The notes under the pieces are model-generated. The model made no database searches, was not told where the DNA came from, and saw only the letters and a list, made by a program, of their open reading frames with translations. A DNA stretch of 64,000 nucleotides from Octopus vulgaris. Taxonomy: Eukaryota. Position numbers and translations under genes: made by a program. Location of the stretch: the NCBI GenBank assembly GCA_951406725.2, contig OX597834.1, positions 17,112,001 to 17,176,000 of the forward strand. Direction: 5' to 3'. Positions 13,544 to 26,128 of the stretch are shown piece by piece. Positions within the stretch are counted from its first letter, which is position 1, and the number at the start of each line of letters is the position of its first letter.

Positions 13544-13944
13544 GGCGCAGGAGTGGCTGTGTGGTAAGTAGCTTGTTTACCAACCACATGGTTCCGGGTT
13601 CAGTCCCACTGCGTGGCACCTTGGGCAAGTGTCTTCTACTGTAGGCTTGGGCCGACCAAAGCCTTGTGAGTGGATTTGGTAGACGGAAACTGAAAGAAGC
13701 CTGTCGTAAATATGTATATATATATATATATGCGCGTGTGTGTTTGTGTGTCTGTGTTTGTCCCCCTAGCATTGCTTGACAACCGATGCTGGTGTGTTTA
13801 TGTCCCCGATACTTAGCGGTTCGGCAAAAGAGACCGATAGTATAAGTACTGGGCTTACAAAAGAATAAGTCCCGGGGTCAAGTTGCTCGATTAAAGGTGG
13901 TGCTCCAGCATGGTCGCAGTCAAATGACTGAAACAAGTAAAAGA
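13544..13944 (+). mobile_element. Full-length ~400-bp tRNA/CORE-like SINE (family A, dominant young family)
   Basis: Head ggcgcaggagtggctgtgtggtaag...gggttcagtccc, CORE-like ggcaccttgggcaagtgtctt, internal (TA)n(TG)n, tail gaaacaagtaaaaga. More than 20 additional decayed or partial copies are scattered through the window. Confidence 0.9.
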
Positions 13945-14551
13945 AAAAAATAAAATAAAAGAAATATGTAGATATGTATGTGTGTGTCATTGTGTTTCTG
14001 CTGTGTTTGTCCCCAACCAGCACTTGACAACTGGAAGAGTTATTGATATTTCAAGCTTATGCTCTTCTACAGAGAAGAACGAAGAAAAAAAAAACAGATG
14101 GAGAGAGTTAAAAAAAACAGCGAGTGTGTTTGTGTGTGTGTGTTTGTCATCACCTACTGCGCTTCATCAGTGATTGTTTGTTTATGGCCCTATAACTTAG
14201 AGACTCAGCAAAAAAGACTGATAGAATAAGTACCAGACTTTAAAAAAACATAAGTACTCGGATCGATTTATTTGATGAAACTCTTAAAAGTGGTGCCCCA
14301 GCATGGCCTCAGTCCAATGTGTGAAACAAGTAAAAAGAATAAGGGATGAAAAAAAAAACAAAACAAAAAGTAATAACATCAATAAAACAAATGAGTACAA
14401 TTACCACCAGCCAAACATGACAGAAGCTGTGTTTGTCCCCAATTACCACCTGGCAACTGGTACTGGTTTGCTTACGTATACGTAACTTAGCAGTTCAGCA
14501 AAAGAAACCAATAGAATAAGTACCAGGCTTTAAAAAAAAAATTAAGTACAG

Positions 14552-14711
14552 AGGAGTGGCTGTGTGGTAAGTAGCTTGCTAACCAACCACATGGTTCCGG
14601 GTTCAGTCCCACTGCGTAGCACCTTGGGCAAGTGTCTTCTACTATAGCCTCGGCCCGACCAAAGCCTTGTGAGTGGATTTGGTGGACGGAAACTGAAAGA
14701 AGCCCATCGTA

Positions 14712-14760
<49 letters not shown>

Positions 14761-14972
14761 ATATGTTTGTGTGTCTGTGTTTGTCCCCTAGCATTGCTTG
14801 ACAACCGATGCTGGTGTGTTTACGTCCCCGTCACTTAGCGGTTCGGCAAAAGAGACCGATAGAATAAGTACTGGGCTTACAAAAGAATAAGTCCCGGGGT
14901 CAAGTTGCTCGATTAAAGGCTGTGCCCCAGCATGGCCGCAGTCAAATGACTGAAACAAGTAAAAGCTAAAAG
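14552..14972 (+). mobile_element. Family A SINE, young copy nested in an older copy
   Basis: Near-identical to 13544-13944. Confidence 0.9.
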
Positions 14973-15224
14973 ATAAGTATCAGGAGAAGAATGCCGATAC
15001 TTGGATACCAATATATGTCTACAACAGATAACATAACTCTGATATTTAAGATTTTTTCTTTCAAATGCAAAGAATGCAGTTGTGACTACAGGAAATGCAT
15101 AAGGCAAATTACAAAAACAAAACGAAAAAAAACCTCTCTTGGAAGGTCTAATCTTTTAGTGTTCAGAACATTCTGTCAAATCTAATGCTTATTTATTACC
15201 TCTGCCTTAGCAAAGGTGGAGGTA

Positions 15225-15612
15225 TTTACTCTTTTACTTGTTTCAGTCATTTGACTGCGGCCATGCTGGAGCACCGCCTTTAGTCGAGCAAATCGACCCC
15301 GGGACTTATTCTTTTTTGTAAGCCCAGTACTTATTCTATCGGTCTCTTTTGCCGAACCGCTAAGTGACGGGGACGTAAACACACCAGCATCGGTTGTCAA
15401 GCAATGCTAGGGGGACAAACACACAAACACACACATATATATATACATATATACGACAGGCTTCTTTCAGTTTCCGTCTACCAAATCCACTCACAAGGCA
15501 TTGGTCGGCCCGGGGCTATAGCGGAAGACACTTGCCCAAGATGCCATGCAGTGGGACTGAACCCGGAACCATGTGGTTGGTTAGCAAGCTACTTACCACA
15601 CAGCCACTCCTG
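15225..15612 (-). mobile_element. Family A SINE, young copy
   Basis: Reverse complement of 14552-14972; interrupts a Helentron-like 5' end. Confidence 0.9.
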
Positions 15613-15631
15613 TTTACAGTTGTGTTTGTTT

Positions 15632-15812
15632 GTTTTCTATCATGCTAGAAATGGGAGTTAAATCTCAAACCATGAAAAAGCTGTTCTTATTTTGGCTTGT
15701 TGAATGTAGGAGGGCAGGACAATTTGAGAGAATTCAAAAATGATTGCACCAAAATAAGAATAGCTTCTATGTGGTTTGGGATTTAACTCCCATTTCTAGC
15801 ATGATGGAAAAC
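15632..15812. mobile_element. Foldback MITE with ~65-bp terminal inverted repeats
   Basis: gttttctatcatgctagaaatgggagttaaatctcaaacca...gttcttattttgg pairs with ccaaaataagaat...tggtttgggatttaactcccatttctagcatgatggaaaac. Confidence 0.8.
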
Positions 15813-16789
15813 CACTTAGTGGCTTTCCCTCAGTATATAACTCTGATACACACATATAATACACACACACACACACGATGGGCTTGTTTCAGTTTCCATC
15901 AACCAAATCCACTCACAAGGGTTTTGTCGGCCCAATGCTATAACGAAAGACACTTACCCAAGGTGCCATGCAGTGGGACTGAATCTGGAACCATGTGGTT
16001 GGGAAGCAAGCTTCTTACCACACAGCCACGCAATATTGCACAAAAAATAAAAAAATAAAAGACAGAGGAAGGTGAAGGAACAACAATCAAGGTATATTAG
16101 TTTGATGCTCAGGAAAAATGTAAGAGTTATTGATGTTTCAAGCTTATGCTCTTCTTCAGAGAGGAATGAAGAAAAAAAAAACAAATGGAGAGAGGTAAAA
16201 AAAAAAACAGTGTGTGTTTGTCATACTCGACTCTGCTTCACCGGTGATTGTTTGTTTATGGCCCTATAACTTAGAGGCTCAACGAAAGGGACTGATAGAA
16301 TAAGTATTAGACTTAAAAAAAAAAAGAATTAAAATAAACGTAAGTATTAGGATCAATTTATTTGATGAAACTCTTAAAAATGATGCCCCAGCATGGCCTC
16401 AGTCCAATGCGTGAAAGAAATAAATAGGATAAGAGATGAAAAAAAAAACCCACTCAAAAAGACAAAAAGTAATAACATCAATAAAACAAACAGGAGTACG
16501 ATCACCACCAGCCAAACGTGACAGAAGTTTGGAAGACCAACAAAGGAAGACCGATCTAGTTAGCAACAATGAACAGCAATCAAAGCTGGACAAGGTTACA
16601 CCAGGATATATAATTAGGAAATCTTTTTATAACCCAATGGTTGTGGTGGAGGTGGAGCTGGTGGAAGTGGAGAAGTAAATGGTGGGGTGGGTGGGTATAT
16701 GAGGGCAATGCTTGTCAAACAGCACTTCATGGAACTGATATATATTAACTACTGAAAGAGAACAGTCGTATACATATACGCACAACCTA

Positions 16790-17960
16790 GGTATATGTAT
16801 ATATGTATGTATGTATAATGGTCATGTTGTGTGTGTGTGTGTGTGTGTATGTGTGTATTTTCATGTGATGTTTATGTATATCTGGACATATGAATCTGTA
16901 TGTATGTGTGTGTATGTATGTATGTATGTGTGTATTATGTATGTATAATGGTGATGTCATGTGTGTGTGTGTGTGTGTGAGTGTGTGTATGTGTGTGTAT
17001 GTATGTATGTATAATGGTGATGTCATGTGTGTGTGTGAGTGTGTGTATGTGTGTGTGTATTATGTATGTATAATGGTGATGTCATGTGTGTGTGTGAGTG
17101 TGTGTATGTGTGTGTGTATTATGTATGTATAATGGTGATGTCATGTGTGTGTGTATGTATGTGTGTGTGTGTGTGTATGTATGTATAATGGTGATGTCGT
17201 GTGTGTGTATGCATGTATTTTCATGTGATGGTTATGTATATCTGGACATATGACTCTGTATGTATGTGTGTGTGTGAGTGGTGTATGCATGTACTACTGT
17301 ATGATGTTTATGTGTATATGTATGCATATGTGTGCTGTGTATGTAAGTATTACTGTGTGATATTCATGAGTATATGTTCATACGACTCTGTGTGTGTGTG
17401 GTGTGTATACATGTATTACTGTATGATATTTATGTGTATATGTATGACTGCGTAGTGTGTGTGTGTGTGTGTGTGTATGATGTGGTACATGTAAGTACTG
17501 TGATGTAGTATAGGTGTGTGAGAGAGTGTTGTGTGCATTTGTGGTTGATGTGTATGTGTGTCTGTGATAAGGTATGTGAATGTATGATATGTATTACTAG
17601 ATGGTGTGCGTGTGTATGTATGCATGTATTACTATGTGGTGTGTGCGTGTGTTTGTATGCATGTATTACTGCAGTATGTGTGTGTAATGTGGTGTGTATG
17701 CATGTATTATTGCAGTGTGTGTGTGTGTGTGTGTGATGTGGTGTGTGTATGCATGTATTACTGCAGTGTATGTGTGTGTATGTGATGTGGTGTGTGTATG
17801 CATGTATTATTCTGTGGTGTGGTGTGTGCACACATTGTATTACTGTAGTGTGTGTATGTGTGTTGTTGTTATGCGTGTATGCATGTATGTGTTTGATGTG
17901 ATGTATTTATGTATGCATGTATTATTGCGTGTGGTGTATGCATCTGCTGTGTATGTGTGC
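16790..17960. repeat. Compound (TG)-rich degenerate minisatellite
   Basis: Units anchored by gtataatggtgatgtcat (16813-17200), then by gtatgcatgtattact (17280-17930). Confidence 0.9.
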
Positions 17961-18637
17961 ATGTGGCGGGGGATTAATGTGCAATAAAAAAATGACTCAG
18001 GTAACAAAACAAAAACCCCACCAAAAAACAAGGGTTTTTCTAACTTGTTAGGTGGGCGTGGCTATCTGACAAATATGCTAAGAAAATATATATCTTCTAT
18101 TATAAACTCCCTGTTAGTGCGTAGTAAACATAGAGTAACCTGGGATAAGTCTTATTATTATTTATTGGTAATCATGGGAAAGCATTATGCACAGTTGAAT
18201 TCACATTTATACATTATTGCGTGATAGGAAATTCAACAAACAGTACTCCATCTGGTGAGAGATAAACATTATTTATTTAAAGGATACAATATATGTCTTT
18301 AAGTGTTACTAATAGATTCATTTGTTGAGAAATATCTCACACATATTCATCAGAGACAAACCACATATAATATATATATGTGTGTGTGTATATATATAGA
18401 TATGTGTGTGTGTGATATAACTAAGTATTTGTATTCTGTGATATTTTACATCCGCTTTCCCATGTTGGAATGGTTTGGAAATTTGTATTATAGCCAGAAG
18501 CCTTTTTTGTCTGTTTGTCTTTTAAGACACACAATGGCATGGTGTAACACTTCTAAAACTGGGACACACATTGTTATATCTATCTAGAGCTAAGCTACAC
18601 ACATACGTATACACCTATATATATATACATATATATA

Positions 18638-19048
18638 GGCGAAGGAGTGGCTGTGTGGTAAGTAGCTTGCTAACCAACCACATGGTTCCGGGTTCAGTCC
18701 CACTGCGTGGCATCTTGGGCAAGTGTCTTCTGCTATAGCCCCGGGCCGACCAATGCCTTGTGAGTGGATTTGGTAGACGGAAACTGAAAGAAGCCTGTCG
18801 TATATATGTATATATATATATGTATGTGTGTGTTTGTGTGTCTGTGTTTGTCTCCCTAGCATTGTTTGACAACTGATGCTGGTGTGTTTACGTCCCCGTC
18901 ACTTAGCGGTTCGGCAAAAAGAGACCGATAGAATAAGTACTGGGCTTACAAAAAGAATAAGTCCCGGGGTCGATTTGCTCGACTAAAGGCGGTGCTTCAG
19001 CATGGCTGCAGTCAAATGACTGAAACAAGTAAAAGAGTAAAAGAGTAA
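18638..19048 (+). mobile_element. Family A SINE, young copy
   Basis: Near-identical to the other full copies; (gagtaaaa)n tail; inserted in (TA)n. Confidence 0.9.
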
Positions 19049-19942
19049 TATATATACATAGATAGAGAGACAGGCAGACAGACAGACATACAAATGTTCT
19101 GTACACTTGAGTTTTAGCTTGGTTAAGCTCTTTATTTTTTACCTTTACTTGTTTCAGTCAAAGAAATTGACACAAGTACTTATTCAAATGGTTTCTTTTT
19201 TCCAAAATGTTTGGTTACAGGGATGTAAACAAACCAACACCAGTTGTGAAGCAGTAGTGGAGATAGATATACACATATATACAATGGTTTTCTTTCAGTT
19301 TCTAACTACCAAATCCACACACAAAAGATTTGGTTGGCCTAGGGCTATAGTGGAAGCCACTTGCTCAAGGTGCCATGCAGTAAGACTGAACCCAAGACCA
19401 CATGACTGAAAGCAAGCTACTTACCACACAGTCATGTCTGCATCTATCAAAGGGTCGTTACTGTACATGTAGTATGTTCCCATGCCAGGAATTGACCCTG
19501 GGCTGCTTGGGTGAGAGACAGCTTTCTGGACCAGAGACTTTTAAAAAGTTTTCTCCTAAGACAGAAATCGGTTTCAAAAATTAAATACATATGTTTTGTG
19601 TTGTCCCATTTGTTTTGTGTTAACTACACACACTTTCTCTCTCTCTTTATACACACATCATTTAACGTGACGATGATGATGATATGTATGTGGGTGTGTG
19701 TATATATATATATATATATTATATGTATACACACACATACTAGTTTGTAGCCATGGTTGTGACTCATGTAAAAGTGACTGACAAAGTATATTTACCAGAA
19801 GTATAAAAATATACAGAGACAAAGGACAATATGCATGCACATATATTATATATATATATTTGCTTTGTATGCTTTAGACTTGTTAATTCCTGTTCCACTT
19901 TTCACAAAGACGTCATCATACCTTCTTTTCATAATTGTTTAA

Positions 19943-20600
19943 CCATGGACAAGATATCTCAAGAACCATTGCATGAATTTGGATGAAACTTTCGGGATGT
20001 TTCGCCTCGTGACTGGCACGAACTCCCTCTTTTCTCTTTTACTTGCTTCAGTCATTTGACTGCAGCAAATCGACCCCGGGACTTATTCTTTTGTAAGCCC
20101 AGTACTTATTCTATCAGTCTCTTTTGCCGAACCGCTAAGTGATGGGGACGTAAACACACCAGCATCGGTTGTCAAGCAATGCTAGGGGGACAAACACAGA
20201 CACACACACACATATATATATACATATATATGATAGGCTTCTTTCAGTTTCCATCTACCAAATCCACTCACAAGGCATTGGTCGGCCCAGGGCTATAGCA
20301 GAAGACACTTGCCCAAGGTGCCACGCAGTGGGACTGAACCCGGAACCATGTGGTTGGTTAGTAAGCTTCTTACCACACAGCCACTCCTTAGATTTTGGGT
20401 TTAATTCGGTACCAGACAAGGATTCTGGATTATTTTTCTGTTTTTTTTTTTACTTAATTTTTGAGAGTGGTCAGGTTCGTTTTTAGTATTCTCGTTTGTG
20501 AGAGCAGTCGAGTTTATTTAAGATATTCTTATTTTAAAAATCATTGAGAGAACATTGGTATTGCCTTGGCAGAGGTTTGCACTCTCTGAGTACTCGCAAT
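19943..20600 (+). mobile_element. Helentron-associated (HINE/DINE-1-like) non-autonomous element, interrupted by a SINE
   Basis: 3' end has subterminal ccttggcagagg and a terminal hairpin gcactc-tct-gagtac. A matching 5' end (attacctctgccttagcaaaggtggaggta, self-complementary) lies at 15195-15224. Confidence 0.6.
20027..20388 (-). mobile_element. Family A SINE with a small internal deletion
   Basis: Reverse-complement copy lacking the ccatgctggagcaccgccttta segment; interrupts a Helentron-like element. Confidence 0.9.
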
Positions 20601-21677
20601 TCATTTTAATCATTTATTGATGATGCCACATTTTTTTTTGGGATGAGCTGTGTCATGCTTAAAACACACCTGTCTGTCTATCAAACTATCTGCACACAAA
20701 TACACATACACACCACTTTCACAAAGATGTCATCATTGCTTCTCTTAATGATTTTAATTATTTATTGGTAATGCCATGTTTTTTTGGATGAACTAAGATG
20801 CGTCATGCTTAAAACATCTCTCTCTCTCTCTATCTCTATCTTATCTAATCTATATACATATAAATACACACACACACATTGTATGAGGTTTATAAATTTT
20901 ATTTATGTCATTATCTTCACAATTTAATGTCTGTTTTCCCTGCTGATATAGGTTCGAGGGTTTGACAGATACAACTAGACTGAAGTCTGAGTTGGTCTCT
21001 AATATCCGCCTTGGTAATGTTTCTATGGCTGGATGCCTTTCCTAATGTGAACCACTTTACAATGTACTGGCTGCTTTTTTTTATGGCACCAACACTACTG
21101 AGGTCACCAAGTAACTCTTAATGTAAGATCCCTTGACAGACAAACATATACACACACATACATATATATATGACAGGCTTCTTTCAGTTTCCTTCTACCA
21201 AATCCACTCACAAGGCTTTAGTAGAAGACAGTTGCCCACGGTGCCATGCAGTGGGACTGAACCCAGAACTATGTGGCTGGTAAGCAAGCTACTTACCACA
21301 CAGCCACTCCTACGCCTATCTATATTCTGAAAACATTTTCTTTCTTTTCCTTTCAGGGCTGAAAACTGAAAAACAATAATATTATTCTCCAATGCCTGCC
21401 CTAGGTGACTGGCTTGGTAGGTTTTTTTTTAATCTAGCTGATATCAAAAGAAATAAAAATAGGAATAATTATCATCATTTAATGCCTATTTTTTCCATGG
21501 TTGGATGGCCTTCTTATCACTAACTCTCACCTTGTTTCCAAGTTAAGTAATATTTCCCCATGGCCAGAGATGTTTTTTCATGGAAGACTGGAAACGAATA
21601 ATATTGTTTGTACAATAATCATGTGATGCTATTTTGCAACCATCACCTGATGTCATGACAAGGATAAACACACACAC

Positions 21678-21805
<128 letters not shown>

Positions 21806-22696
21806 GTATATCTTTATCTTTTACTTATTTCAGCCATTAGACTGTGGCCATGCTGGGGCACCACCTTGAAGAATATTTAGTCAAATGAATTGACCTCACT
21901 ACTTTTTTTTTTATCAGTTTCTTTTGCCGAACTGCTAAGTTATAGGCACATAAACACACCAACGCCATTGCAAGTGGGTAAACACAGACACACATACATA
22001 CATATATATATATGATGTGCTTCTTTCAGTTTACATCTACCAAATCCGCTCACAAAGCTTTGGTTAGCTTAAAACTAGAGTAGAAGACACTTGCCTAAAT
22101 TACCACACAGTGGGACTGAACCCAGAACCATGTGGTTAGGAAGCCAACTTCTTACTACACAGCCATGCTTGTGCCTATTTCTATACACACACATATATAT
22201 ACACACACATACACACACACACACACACACATATATACATACACATGTATATGTGTATGTATATTCATATATATGATGTCCTTCTTCCAGTTTCCGTCAG
22301 CCAATAAGGCATTGGTTGGCCTAGGGTTACAGCAGAAGATTCTAGCCAAAGTGGCATACAGTGATACTGTGGGATTGAACCCGAGACCATGTGGTTAGGG
22401 AACATGCTTCCTAACTACACAGCTATACCTGTTTAAGCAAAATCAACTTGTTAGACCATCTTTTTATTTATTTCAATTAGATTGACAATTTTCTCTTTGT
22501 TTTCTCTAGTTATCATAATTTAAGGTGGTAATTTGGCAAAATGCTCAGTGGCACTTTTTTCAGCTCTTTTCGTTCTGAGTTCAAATTCTGTTGAGGTCAA
22601 CATTGCCATTTGTCCTTTCAGGGTCGATACATATGCACCAGTGGAGCAGTGAGGGTCAGTGGAATCAAACTAATCAATTCTCCCAAAATTTCAGGC

Positions 22697-22927
22697 CAAA
22701 ATCCATATCACCTCATAGTTGTATCAACAATTTGTTGTAAGGTCTTGTAGGTTCTTCACTTTCTTCATTTAAAACCCACATTAACAGCAAAACAGGTTAC
22801 TGGTTTCTCTATTCTCCCATGTTGAAATTTATTTCAAAAGACTCAAATGCTTCCATTATTATGCATCACAGAATCATATTGAAAAGACCAGGTGGAAAAG
22901 TACACAGCCTGGTATGACACCAGCTGT
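22697..22927 (-). pseudogene. Ancient RTE-like LINE reverse-transcriptase relic
   Basis: Minus strand ggtgtcataccaggctgtgtactttt..cttttcaatat approximates GVRQGCVLSP.LFNI with frameshifts. It is followed by IMEAF..., an NL(R)FA-like segment and an ESEE-LQDL segment. Cut by a hAT MITE at 22938. Confidence 0.5.
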
Positions 22928-22937
22928 TACTTTAACT

Positions 22938-23668
22938 CAGTGGTTCTCAGTCATTTTTTATCTATGGACTCTTTTGATTACAATTTTACTCTGCTAGACT
23001 CCCATAACCATTTGATATTTAAAAACTGGTTTTATAGATACTCCCTTCAAAATTCCTATTCTGCTTTTCACACATTCACTTGTGTTTCTCTTTTTCTCTT
23101 TTTACTTGTTTCAGTCATTTGACTGCGGCCATGCTGGAGCACCGGCTTTAATCGAGCAAATCGACCCCGGGACTTATTCTTTGTAAGCCCAGTACTTATT
23201 CTATCGGTCTCTTTTTTGCCGAACCGCTAAGTGACGGGGACGTAAACATACCAGCATCGGTTGTCAAGCAATGCTAGGGGGACAAACACAGACACACACA
23301 CTTATATATATACATATATACGACAGGCTTCTTTCAGTTTCCGTCTACCAAATCCACTCACAAGGCATTGGTCGGCCCGGGGGTATAGCAGAAGACACTT
23401 GCCCAAGATGCCACGCAGTGGGACTGAACCCGGAACCATGTGGTTGGTTAGCAAGCTACTTACCACACAGCCACTCCTGCACCTCAATATAAAACTTTTG
23501 TTGAACAATATAAAACTTTAGACAAAGAAATCTGGTTGTTTCTTGCAATAAACACATCTAGAGTAATTTTGTTTTTTTCATGGACCCTTAATATACAACT
23601 GTGGTTCCCCAATTTATTTTATCTGCACAGATCCCGCAAAATCTTATATGGACTCCCAGGGTCCACTG
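22938..23668 (+). mobile_element. hAT (Charlie-like) MITE interrupted by a family A SINE
   Basis: Starts CAGTGGTTCTCA, ends CCACTG; 8-bp TSD ctttaact/ctttaacc; same body as 61241-61514. Confidence 0.8.
23086..23484 (-). mobile_element. Family A SINE, young copy nested in a hAT MITE
   Basis: Reverse-complement full copy. Confidence 0.9.
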
Positions 23669-26041
23669 CTTTAACCCATCAGCATTTAAACTGGCTATAG
23701 CCATCCCCAAAATTCTACCTGTTTACTATTCAAGCCAGCCAGATCTGGCCTCTCATACCTAACCTACCTTGTCATTCTAGAAATAAACCATCACATCATT
23801 GTAATCTTGAACTGTGAGGTAATGTAGAATTCCTTCAAAACAATATGAATAAATAAGCATTACATTCAACAAGGTGATCAGAATGTTAAAAGGTTAATAT
23901 CTCTTCTTTCCTATTGGCCAATCTAAATCCCAATTCAGCTGTTTTTATCTCTTTCTTTAATCATAACTATTCCAGATCTCTTTCTTTAATCATAAATCTT
24001 TAAAACATCTTTATTTATTGAAGTATTCTTAACTTCCTCCTTTTCTGTTGGCTGTTGTAGCTGCTGTTGGTATTTTTCATGGAATCATTTATGTTCTTCA
24101 ACATCTGCATCTAATAAAAATAAAGTTGTGAATTTTCCACCTTTTGGTTCTTAAAATTCTTCTGTTTTATTTGAGTCTTTAAAGTTTCAAAATCATATCA
24201 ACAGTGTGTGTGTGTGTACATATACATACATATATATATTATGTTAAATGGTTGGCTATTTTAATTTTATATTGTCTGTATTGCATATACTGAATTTTTG
24301 TTCAGCTTGGCAGCTATTTGCAACATCAGTGAATGTTTCATTCACTTTTTCCTATATCAATATGACAAATTCTCATCTGAACATGTGGCTGGCTGCTACT
24401 GGGACAGATTTCTGTTTCCCTCTTATATTTATTGTACTTTTTAACAGAGCAGATCAATAAGATGTTATCTCAGCACAAAAGCACAGTAACTGGCCTATCA
24501 ACAGTGTGTATATAGGATAAGATATGATAAAGACCCATCCTGAGTTATATAGACGCATAGACAGGTTTCTTGGCTTCTGTGGTGTATATATCACCCCTGG
24601 ATAGGATTTCAGTCTGTTGCAGGATTACTCATTGTTGCCAACTGAGTGAACTGGAGCAACATGAAATGAAGTGTCTTGCTCAAGGCCACAATGCATTACC
24701 CAGTTTGGGGATTGAAACCACAATCTTACCATCATGAGTCTGACATCCACTTAAGCCACATGCCTCCACCCAAGGCATGCACCCCCACAGTATGAATATA
24801 CGAGGTATGATACATAGATGGCTATTTTAATTAATTACTGCCTTATTTTCATATAATATATTCTTGCATTTTGGTTCTTGATTAAGTCAAGGTTAAATTT
24901 TTATAATCATTATTAAAATTCTGTATTTGCTATTTATGTCTGACCATGAAAAACACTCAATTTTAGCTCCTTCTATAATTGATTCATATCTTTTGTAGTC
25001 AAGAACAAAACCAAACTGGTTATAAAACAAATCTCCAGGTGAATGCCATTTCGAGTTCATGGTTGCAAGAAGTTTACCTTCAACATTTATTAATAGTTTC
25101 AGTCAGCTGACTGAAATGAATACTAAATCTTAACTTGCCTGAAACCGCTCCTTGTTCTATGACATAAACTTACTGTTTTAAAGTGGTCTAAATAATAATC
25201 TTCCATAAAAATTTTATGCTAATTTCTTCCAGACCCCAGCTTAATAACAAGAAAATTATTTTACTAAACTCTTCAGTATTTTAAAAATTAACTGAAACAA
25301 AGGCAGCATATTCTTTCATTTGTTTCAGTCATTTGACTATGGCCATGCTGGAGCACCACCTTTAGTCAAGCAAATCAACCCCAGGACTTATACTTTGTAA
25401 ATCTAGTACTTATTCTATCGGTCTCTGTTGCCTCTCAGATAAACATACTTATTGCAGCAGTTCTTCAGTTTTTGTAAGCCCTGTAAAAGAACTCGGAAGG
25501 TTGGATCTCAAACCAGGCCTTTCGGGATACCCTTAAAGTCAGAAAACTTTTCACCACCCCCTTGTATATATACACACATGATGGGCTTCTTTCAGTTTCC
25601 ATCTACCAAATACACCCACAAGGCTTTGATTGGCCCAGGACTACAGCAGAAGACACTTGTCAAAGGTGGAATGCAGAGGGACCGAACTTGGAACCACGTA
25701 GCTGGGGAGTAAATTTCTTACCATACAGCTATAATTTCACCTATACATATAAATATATCTCTATGTATCTATATACTTTTACTTATATATCTATATCTTT
25801 CTCCCACTTTTCAGCAACCCCATGAATATATACACACATAATGAGCTTCGTTCAGTTTCCATCAACCAAATCTACTCACAAGGCTTTGGTTGGCCTGGGG
25901 CAATAATAGAAGACACTTTCCTAAGGTGACATGCAATGGGACTGAACCTAGAACTATATGTTCAGGAGAAAAAGTTCTTACCACACAACTACACACACAC
26001 ACATATAAATACATACACACACATGAATCAACAAAAAATTA

Positions 26042-26076
<35 letters not shown>

Positions 26077-26093
26077 CTATCTATCTATCTATC

Positions 26094-26128
<35 letters not shown>

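Noticed and set aside
15394-15661. Recurring ORFs such as YDRLLSVSVYQIHSQG and RQASFSFRLPNPLTR that look like a gene family
   Set aside because: They are antisense translations of the non-coding family A SINE; frames are not conserved between copies.
15195-20600. One Helentron-like element split by, or capturing, 4.3 kb
   Set aside because: The 3' part (19943-20600) sits inside one copy of a local tandem duplication whose uninterrupted twin is at ~20713-20820, so it is better explained as an independent truncated insertion.
23960-24112. Candidate next coding exon of the minus-strand gene (acceptor tttttattag, DADVEEHK...QQQLQQ)
   Set aside because: The phase-1 frame hits TGA after 8 codons, the other frames also close, and no donor is evident.
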